64,000 nt of DNA, taken from the IMG/VR virus record IMGVR_UViG_3300009168_000043; one strand, given 5' to 3'. Shown here piece after piece: positions 57,521-64,000 of this stretch (positions are counted from its first letter, which is position 1; every line of letters starts with the position of its first letter). Source of the stretch: an uncultured virus (IMG/VR IMGVR_UViG_3300009168_000043). Its lineage: Duplodnaviria > Heunggongvirae > Uroviricota > Caudoviricetes. Both the position numbers and the translations under genes were made by a program. Under the pieces are notes generated by a model, which saw nothing but the letters and a program-made list of their open reading frames with translations, made no database searches and had not been told where the DNA came from.

Positions 57521-57994
57521 GCAACTTTTTTTGGTCTTTTTTAAAATGTGTGACGGCCCAGACGGCGTCTGTCTGTCGTGAGCCGCGGCTACCGTCTGCT
57601 GCGATGGGTCCGGAGGGTGCTGTCTGGGCCTCTATTATAAGCTGTCAGGCCTGACGGCGCTGACAGCGCTTAGCCTTTTTAATTTTTTTCTGGAAATTTT
57701 TTCGAGAGCTCTGTAGCCCTTTAGGTCTGTAGTTATATAGCGTTTATGTGTCTATATGTATATGTGATCGTTTTGGGATATATTTGTCTCTGTGCGATTT
57801 TCGTAGGTAGTTCTTACCTCTGTCTGAGAATGTGATGTTTTTGTGTCTAGAAAAAAATCCCGGGAAATTTTTTTTGGATCTGCAGCCTTTGCGACATCTG
57901 TAACTGTTACGAAACCGTTAATGTTTGATTAAAAAACGATTAATGTAAAAACCTTTTAGACAATACGTTATATATAACATAAAATCTTATATGT

Positions 57995-58240
57995 ATGAAG
58001 TTAGCAGTTGTGGTGATGTTGTTAGGAGTTTGTAGTAGGAGTGTTGTTATAGTAGATTCCAAGACTGGAGAGTCGTTGGTTGGAGTTGGGGTGGTGTGTG
58101 GTAGAGACACTTTGTTCTCTGACATGGATGGTTGTGTGAGTGTGGGGATTGGAGTAGATAGTGTTTGTGTATCGTATGTAAGTTATGAGGGTGGGATGGT
58201 AGAAGTGAGAGACACTGTTAGGATGGTGGTTGTGAAGTGA
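57995..58240 (+). CDS. Small secreted CarbopepD_reg_2-like protein
   Basis: Signal-like N-terminus; VDSKTGESLVGV.V ... SDMDG ... SYVSY resembles the N-terminal extension domain of Bacteroidota SusC/TonB receptors; ATATATAA at 57970. Confidence 0.55.
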   Translation: MKLAVVVMLLGVCSRSVVIVDSKTGESLVGVGVVCGRDTLFSDMDGCVSVGIGVDSVCVSYVSYEGGMVEVRDTVRMVVVK

Positions 58241-58706
58241 TGTCATCATCGAGTGCATAGATTGTGAAATCTGATGTGTGTTCGTCGTTTGTGTACTTTG
58301 TGTAGATCATTTTCACGGCCTGTCTGTTTCTGTTGTAGATCATTTTGACGATCGTTTTTTTTGTAGTGTCTTCTTCGTTTTTTGTGTAAGTGTGTTCTTC
58401 GGTTATCGTGTCGTTATCTGGAGTAAAGAGTGAGTTTAGGAATCTTATCTGTGAGACGTTCAGGTGGTTGACTTTTGTTAGGAGTATGTTTTCTGGTTTT
58501 GTTTTGAGTAATCGAGTGATGTCTGGTAGAACGGAAAGGTTTTTTGTTTCGTTTGCGTGTTTGAGGTTTTCGTACTGGTTTTCTTCCATCATTTTTTTCA
58601 GAGTGTCTGATGCCAGCTGTACAGCTTTTCTTCCTATTCCTATACTAGATAGTCCGAATTCTTTGTCCTGTTTTATCTCGTTGATCGATTCCCTTACTAG
58701 TTTCAT
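58218..58706 (-). CDS. Leader family B protein
   Basis: MKLVRESINEIKQDKEFGLSSIGIG; ATATATAA at 58717-58724. Confidence 0.8.
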   Translation of the reverse strand: MKLVRESINEIKQDKEFGLSSIGIGRKAVQLASDTLKKMMEENQYENLKHANETKNLSVLPDITRLLKTKPENILLTKVNHLNVSQIRFLNSLFTPDNDTITEEHTYTKNEEDTTKKTIVKMIYNRNRQAVKMIYTKYTNDEHTSDFTIYALDDDITSQPPS

Positions 58707-58863
58707 GGTGTTTGTTTTATATATTTAAGGGTTCGTACGTCGCCGGGAACCGTTGGACGTCTTTGGTGATAGAGGGGCTCCAGAGGCGAAGAGAAGGGTG
58801 AGAGACGCGTTTTGGGAGTCTTAGAGACTGAAAGATATATATTTTATATAACGTGATAGTACA

Positions 58864-59949
58864 ATGAAAGCAAGGTTAATCGTAAACGAGATAAAACAGG
58901 GGTTGGGTTCTGGAATGGAAGGTATTGGTGTGGGCAGGTCTGCATTGAGCAAGGGATACAAGAAGATGAAGGAAGTCTTCCCTGGTATAGAAGAGTTCGA
59001 GATACCGTTGGTAGAATTCGAGTGGTTTAAAGCGAGCGGCACTTTCTTTGGTAGTTTCGAGAGTGAAGAAGATGTGACTATAAGTCTTAGTCGTGATGAG
59101 ATGGAAGACGTATCGTCGATATCTGGAATACCGTTAAAAGATTTGGTCTACATAGATCCTGCTCACTACAGTCAAAAGTTTGCTGAAGATGCCACCATAG
59201 AGGGATTGTTACCGCTTAGTCAGTATTTGGATAGGTGTGATCACGTTAAGGTAGAGCTTAACACTAACGATCCACGTAGGATGTTAGAGAATAACAGTGT
59301 CGTGAGGTTTACGTTTGTGTGGTGGGAATCTGCGAGGTTTGGATACCTCGTGATAGAGAACGGCACGTACATTTTCTTGGTGTACGAAAGACAAAACGTA
59401 TCAGAGAGGAGGGTAAACGAGATAAGGACTGAAACAGAAGGTTCTGGTCTGGGGGCGATAGGTGCTGGTAGGGTTAAGATGTTATTTTCTGACTTTCTTA
59501 AGTCGTACGATCCATCGTTCAAGTTTAGAACCACGTTAGATAAAGATACGTTTCCAGGATCAACAGAAGATTTTTCTGTAAATTGCGCGAATCTAGCTGC
59601 TGAAGAGTTAGGAGTTTCTTTTAACAGGATTAAAAGAAAGGATTACGATTATATAACAGGACCTGCAAAGGTGGAGCTTAGGAAGATAATAGCTAATCCA
59701 GAGACCACCAAGCGTGATGTGATAATACAGCATCAGGACTTTAAAGAAGAAAAAGAGTATTCTGATGATGGAACATCTGTATCTGTTAAAGCAGTTCCAA
59801 CAGGAAGCTATTCCAACATTAAAGTTACGATAGTGAAGAATTTAGATCGTGGAGTAGTGATGTTACAGTATGACCTCAACGAAGAAGACGTTATGGATGA
59901 CGATTACGATGTAGACCTGTACGATCACGATGTTTACATGATAGTGTAA
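58864..59949 (+). CDS. Leader family B protein, two tandem units
   Basis: MKARLIVNEIKQGLGSGMEGIGVG and internal VSERRVNEIRTETEGSGLGAIGAG. Confidence 0.8.
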   Translation: MKARLIVNEIKQGLGSGMEGIGVGRSALSKGYKKMKEVFPGIEEFEIPLVEFEWFKASGTFFGSFESEEDVTISLSRDEMEDVSSISGIPLKDLVYIDPAHYSQKFAEDATIEGLLPLSQYLDRCDHVKVELNTNDPRRMLENNSVVRFTFVWWESARFGYLVIENGTYIFLVYERQNVSERRVNEIRTETEGSGLGAIGAGRVKMLFSDFLKSYDPSFKFRTTLDKDTFPGSTEDFSVNCANLAAEELGVSFNRIKRKDYDYITGPAKVELRKIIANPETTKRDVIIQHQDFKEEKEYSDDGTSVSVKAVPTGSYSNIKVTIVKNLDRGVVMLQYDLNEEDVMDDDYDVDLYDHDVYMIV

Positions 59950-59950
59950 T

Positions 59951-60418
59951 TCAAGGTCTTCTAAAACATATGTAGCTCATCCACTTTCCGTTCTCATCTG
60001 TGTAAGATAGGTAAGATACCCCGTATAAGTTGTTAGAAAGCAGTGTGACTGGCAGTTTAACGTTGGGGTAGTTAATGTTGAAAGTTATCTGGTTAAGCTC
60101 GTCTTTGTGATTGCCAGAAAGTCCCATTAGAACTATCACGTAGTCAAGCACCTTGACTGGTACCTTGTTTGTTTCTATGCAAACGATGTTTTTTGTAGAA
60201 GTATCTAAGGCTTTAGCTATCTTGCTTGGAATCTTCTTCATTTCTTTTTCGTAGGGCCAGTTTGTGCTGTTAAGGGGTTTGAGGTCTCCTATCGTGGAAT
60301 CTATTTGAACGGCCATCGTGTATGCTTTATAAAAAGACACTGCACCCACTCCTATAGAAGAAAGTGCCGATTCTCTGTCTTGTCTTATTTCGTTAAGTGA
60401 TTCTCTTACCAGTTTCAT
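59951..60418 (-). CDS. Leader family B protein
   Basis: MKLVRESLNEIRQDRESALSSIGVG (start moved). Confidence 0.8.
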   Translation of the reverse strand: MKLVRESLNEIRQDRESALSSIGVGAVSFYKAYTMAVQIDSTIGDLKPLNSTNWPYEKEMKKIPSKIAKALDTSTKNIVCIETNKVPVKVLDYVIVLMGLSGNHKDELNQITFNINYPNVKLPVTLLSNNLYGVSYLSYTDENGKWMSYICFRRP

Positions 60419-60432
60419 CTTTTTTAATTTTT

Positions 60433-60945
60433 TTATTCGAACGGTATACACCATCCAGATATCTCGTTTTTTTCCTTACGTAGACCTTCTGCTGTGTAGT
60501 AGTGTTCTACGTACCACAGGTATGCAGTCTTTCTTTCTGGATCTGATTTTATCAGTGTGATTGCACCATCGTAATCGTTACCTTTTCCACTGTTGTTCAT
60601 GTAAATGTAGGTTGGATTATCATCGGATGAAGTGTCGTAAGACGGGTATAAACTACGTAGGAAAGCTTTCAAAGCGGGTGGTGCTGTCCATTCGGCTATC
60701 CAAATCATTTTATCTGTTGAAGTGCCAAGCGTTTTCGATATCTTTTCTGTCCATTCTGCTGCCAGTTTTTTGTTCTTAACCACAGAAAAACGTAAATAGA
60801 CTGTAATGTGATCGGGTTTTATGTTCCATCTTTTTAGTATGGTTTTATACACGGATAAAGCTGCTTCTTTTCCTATGCCGAGTCCAGCCAGGCCAGATTC
60901 TTTATCTTGTCTTATTTCGTTTAGTGATTCTCTTACCAGTTTCAT
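60433..60945 (-). CDS. Leader family B protein
   Basis: MKLVRESLNEIRQDKESGLAGLGIG. Confidence 0.8.
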   Translation of the reverse strand: MKLVRESLNEIRQDKESGLAGLGIGKEAALSVYKTILKRWNIKPDHITVYLRFSVVKNKKLAAEWTEKISKTLGTSTDKMIWIAEWTAPPALKAFLRSLYPSYDTSSDDNPTYIYMNNSGKGNDYDGAITLIKSDPERKTAYLWYVEHYYTAEGLRKEKNEISGWCIPFE

Positions 60946-60951
60946 ATTTAA

Positions 60952-61428
60952 TCAGTATTTTAAAAAGAAGAAAGTACAGTATAGAACTGGTACGTTCATC
61001 GTTTTATATATGTTGTAAACCGATGCAGTTACCAATCCCATGGATTCAGAGTAGCGTATGGTTGCATATTTTGTTTTAGATATCGTTATTCTGTATTCCG
61101 TTAAATCAAAAGACTTCATAACGTTTTTTAGACACCATCTTAACATAACAGGTAGTATCTTGTGCACCCGTACCGCGTACATTATCCTTTCGTGTTCATT
61201 AAAAAGTCGTATTGCTTCTTCTGATATTGTTGGATACATAAGCATTAAGGATTTGTAATAGTGTTTCGCATTGGATATAAGATCAAAGTAGTCTTCGTAC
61301 TCATCAGGCCACGTCTTAGTTATGTGTTTGTATGCTTTGTTGATGGCCGTGCTTCCAACACCTATCGTAGATAGAGCAGATTCTTTATCTTGTTTTATCT
61401 CGTTAAGATATTCCTTAACTATTTTCAT
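60952..61428 (-). CDS. Leader family B protein
   Basis: MKIVKEYLNEIKQDKESALSTIGVG (start moved); ATATATAA at 61442-61449. Confidence 0.8.
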   Translation of the reverse strand: MKIVKEYLNEIKQDKESALSTIGVGSTAINKAYKHITKTWPDEYEDYFDLISNAKHYYKSLMLMYPTISEEAIRLFNEHERIMYAVRVHKILPVMLRWCLKNVMKSFDLTEYRITISKTKYATIRYSESMGLVTASVYNIYKTMNVPVLYCTFFFLKY

Positions 61429-61550
61429 TCGATCGTTTGTTTTATATATCAATGAGAATTTGGGTCACAAACCTTCTTAGGTTTAAACCGAATAATAAAC
61501 TATAGCAGAACGTGATTCTAGTGTGTTCTGATGGTGAATCATCAATAGGA

Positions 61551-61558
61551 ATATATAA
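61551..61558 (+). promoter_or_regulatory. Putative late promoter ATATATAA (representative)
   Basis: Same octamer 10-60 bp upstream of starts at 26736, 39894, 57995, 58706, 60945, 61428, 61583, 63094; resembles the T4 late promoter TATAAATA. Confidence 0.55.
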
Positions 61559-61582
61559 ACTATAAAACTTAATATAGATGTT

Positions 61583-62083
61583 ATGAGGGCTAGGTTAGTT
61601 AATGAGATAAAACAGGATGTCCACAGTTTGGGATTGGGACCGATAGGAATAGGAAGATCTAAGATACAAGCTGGATACGAAAAGCTAAAACAGATCTATC
61701 CTGAAATAGATAACTATGTCTATCCACTGTCAGATTTTAAAGAGATCAAGGTGAATGGATTGATGATAGGTGGCGATAGTGAAGATATGAGCATTGGATT
61801 ATCTATGAATGAAAAAATGCAGATATCAAGTTTCACTGGGTTTCCTATAGAAGATCTTTATTTCGTTGATTACTACATAAACAGTAAGTATGACACCGAA
61901 GAGCTTGATGAATTCCTGCGAAGGTTTGATATAGAGTTTAAAGAGATTAAAAGGGGCACGAAATCCGCTATACATCACTTAGACGAGTGGGAGTTCGAAT
62001 GGTGTCCAGCTGTAAACATAGGATACTTAGAGTTGGGAGACGAACCTCTGATAAGGGTGGTATTCGTCAAGGGAAAGAGTTAA
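61583..62083 (+). CDS. Leader family B protein
   Basis: MRARLVNEIKQDVHSLGLGPIGIG. Confidence 0.8.
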   Translation: MRARLVNEIKQDVHSLGLGPIGIGRSKIQAGYEKLKQIYPEIDNYVYPLSDFKEIKVNGLMIGGDSEDMSIGLSMNEKMQISSFTGFPIEDLYFVDYYINSKYDTEELDEFLRRFDIEFKEIKRGTKSAIHHLDEWEFEWCPAVNIGYLELGDEPLIRVVFVKGKS

Positions 62084-62160
62084 AAGTATCACATATTATA
62101 CTATCAGTAATTTTTAGATGATAGATTAAGTTTTTTTTATGAAAAGTATCACATAAGGTA

Positions 62161-62616
62161 CTAATGAGGCACTCTAAGACCATAAAAGCTTTCGGTTTTT
62201 TTCCCAAACCCTTCGTATGTTATCCAAGTCGCACCATACCTTGAGTTAGTCATGTAATCTACATAAGCTGCACCATCAGATGTGCTAAAGTGAGTGGTTT
62301 TAAAGTTCTCCCTTACACTAAACACAACGTCATCCATGTATTTTATCACATAATCGGGCAAAGTTTTTACATTAACGACAACTATTTTGGACTGAGGATA
62401 GTCTAATACTTTTTCTAACTGAGACGGTAAATCTTTATATATGTCGTTCCAATTCCAGAATTTACTATCTATGGGAAATATCCTGTTTATTTGGTTCCAA
62501 AGTTTTTCTACTTCCACGTAAGCTCTACACATCACGGTAGATCCAACTCCAATTGCAGATAATCCCGAACCTTTATCTTGCTTTATTTCATATAGGGTTT
62601 CCTTTACTATTTTCAT
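62161..62616 (-). CDS. Leader family B protein
   Basis: MKIVKETLYEIKQDKGSGLSAIGVG. Confidence 0.8.
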   Translation of the reverse strand: MKIVKETLYEIKQDKGSGLSAIGVGSTVMCRAYVEVEKLWNQINRIFPIDSKFWNWNDIYKDLPSQLEKVLDYPQSKIVVVNVKTLPDYVIKYMDDVVFSVRENFKTTHFSTSDGAAYVDYMTNSRYGATWITYEGFGKKTESFYGLRVPH

Positions 62617-62629
62617 TTTTACATTTATA

Positions 62630-63094
62630 TTATGGTTTTCTAAATGCGTAATAGTACTGTCTTAAAGATGCATCTTCCACATAATTAAAGTAAACTGCTC
62701 CCATTTTTCTGTTGGTGTATACGTTCATCATAGTTTTTCTAGAAGATTCCCAATGTAGCTCTACTTGAGACTCTTCCACATCAGGATGATCTCCATTTAT
62801 AAAAAACACTCTTGAATCTAAATACTCTTCTATATTGTTAGATATATTGTATAGGTTAACGAGTGCTATATTAGATATAGGCACCTCAAGAAGTTTTACA
62901 AGCATCGGTTTGATCACATGCAAAGCATCGTTGAATATCCATGCTTTATCATCTAAATTAAGATAGTTTTCGACCTCGTCATTTATGTTAAGAGCTTCTA
63001 AATAGGCCCTACACGTGTAAGCTTTTCCGACTCCGATTGCAGACAATCCTGATTCTTTATCTTGTTTTATTTCGTTTATGTATCTAGCTCGCAT
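62630..63094 (-). CDS. Leader family B protein
   Basis: MRARYINEIKQDKESGLSAIGVG; ATATATAA at 63108-63115. Confidence 0.8.
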   Translation of the reverse strand: MRARYINEIKQDKESGLSAIGVGKAYTCRAYLEALNINDEVENYLNLDDKAWIFNDALHVIKPMLVKLLEVPISNIALVNLYNISNNIEEYLDSRVFFINGDHPDVEESQVELHWESSRKTMMNVYTNRKMGAVYFNYVEDASLRQYYYAFRKP

Positions 63095-63107
63095 TGAGAT
63101 GTTTTAT

Positions 63108-63845
63108 TTATATATCGTTGATTTGTTTTGCAAACTCGCAGTTTCTACATAAGAGATCACTGTCGTTTTGTACCATAGATAATTCTATTTCTAACCTTTT
63201 TTTGTTGAATTCTTCTGAACCGTATTCGTTTAAAAACACGTTGCCTATCTTGTGTTTAAGAGCCCAATCCATACAACAAAGATAAACATCTCCGTTAGGA
63301 AGTATCTGATTACAGTCCCACACGTTGTTGTTAGTGTAGAAATCACACCGAATCCTACCGAGTTTTCTTTCTACGTAAGTATCTTTTAGATTGCTTGCTC
63401 TTGTAAACACTTTGCTTTGTACGCTCTGCACATCATATCGGTTTATGTTTATTAACCTAACGAATTTTTCTACACTGTTGTAAAAAGATGAATCTCTGTA
63501 GTACTTACCGTTAAACTTGTGAAAGTTAACGTAATTGAAAGTAACGGTATCTTTTAGTCTGTTTATCTTTTCATCTGTTAATCCTATCAACGTCGTAAAG
63601 AGATTTATTCTGAACTTTTGTTCGTATGCGTGCACCATCATTTCTGCTATTTCTCTATTAAACATGTTCTCGGAGTATCCTGCAAAGTTTATTATAACGT
63701 GTTTGCTTATGTTGTCAAGCATGGTTTTAAACTTATCTATAGAGAGAAGTTTTTCTCCGTAGTAGTTGCTCAGTAATTTATCCTGTGGACAGTACGTACA
63801 CGAGTTTGGACATCCAACTATCGTAGTTATATCTACACTCTTCAT
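63108..63845 (-). CDS. Radical SAM/SPASM-domain protein
   Basis: CPNSCTYC; C ... ILPNGDVYLCCMD ... IGN ... LCRNC. Confidence 0.88.
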   Translation of the reverse strand: MKSVDITTIVGCPNSCTYCPQDKLLSNYYGEKLLSIDKFKTMLDNISKHVIINFAGYSENMFNREIAEMMVHAYEQKFRINLFTTLIGLTDEKINRLKDTVTFNYVNFHKFNGKYYRDSSFYNSVEKFVRLININRYDVQSVQSKVFTRASNLKDTYVERKLGRIRCDFYTNNNVWDCNQILPNGDVYLCCMDWALKHKIGNVFLNEYGSEEFNKKRLEIELSMVQNDSDLLCRNCEFAKQINDI

Positions 63846-64000
63846 GATATAAATTTAGAAGTTTCTTTTTTTGTTGTATCGTTAAAGACCAACACGTTTT
63901 TATCTGATATGGTTTTTTCGTACTCTATAATGAGATCATTGCTTTCAGGAAACGTATCTTTCAGAACGTTTTTTATCTTATCAATGTTAGATTGAGTAAA
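63842..64000 (-). CDS. C-terminal part of a CDS running off the window end
   Basis: Open frame FTQSNIDKIKNVLKD...KFIS* with ATGA overlap into the radical SAM gene. Confidence 0.6.
   Translation of the reverse strand, partial: FTQSNIDKIKNVLKDTFPESNDLIIEYEKTISDKNVLVFNDTTKKETSKFIS

Noticed and set aside
57219..57524. 101-aa ORF
   Set aside because: Translation of the 101-bp promoter repeats; low-complexity K/F/S sequence
57940..58258. Minus-strand Thr/His/Pro-rich ORFs (57940, 58022)
   Set aside because: By-products of G/T skew; the plus-strand 57995 ORF has a recognisable domain pattern
42499..63094. Diversity-generating retroelement as the source of families A and B
   Set aside because: No reverse transcriptase and no near-identical template/variable repeat pair with adenine-specific mismatches seen

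Overview
AT-rich, densely coding segment of what is most likely a large (jumbo) tailed dsDNA phage infecting Bacteroidota. Support: almost all genes are on the minus strand, most are small hypothetical ORFs, Bacteroidota-type -7 promoters (TAnnTTTG and a TAnnTTTAC variant) recur, and there are OmpA-family and CarbopepD_reg-like genes. The genetic code is standard. Recognisable genes: PNK-like kinase (partial), DHFR, ThyA, NAD-dependent DNA ligase, glutamine-dependent NadE with a long N-terminal extension, a lipoprotein / voltage-gated K+ channel / glutathionylspermidine-synthase cassette, pyrimidine-dimer glycosylase-like gene, tRNA(CAT), three radical SAM enzymes, HD-CoaD fusion, PRTase, OmpA, SWIM-PolX, HNH nuclease, glycosyltransferase and a DksA/TraR zinc finger. 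Unexplained structure: (1) a dispersed intergenic element of helically phased TCAGA/TCTGA pentamers with a fixed 55-57 bp core, usually upstream of promoters; (2) a cluster of 8 genes sharing an N-terminal 'MKLVRESLNEIKQD..SGL..IGxG' leader and an ATATATAA promoter, possibly capsid-packaged proteins; (3) an 8-member paralog family of ~120 aa (G[FML]C..PEL..P..WF..D..R); (4) three candidate structured ncRNAs, two next to paralogs of one small beta-domain family; (5) a sharp strand-composition switch around 55.3-58.3 kb suggesting an origin or genome-end junction. All calls come from reading motifs by eye; no searches or folding programs were run.
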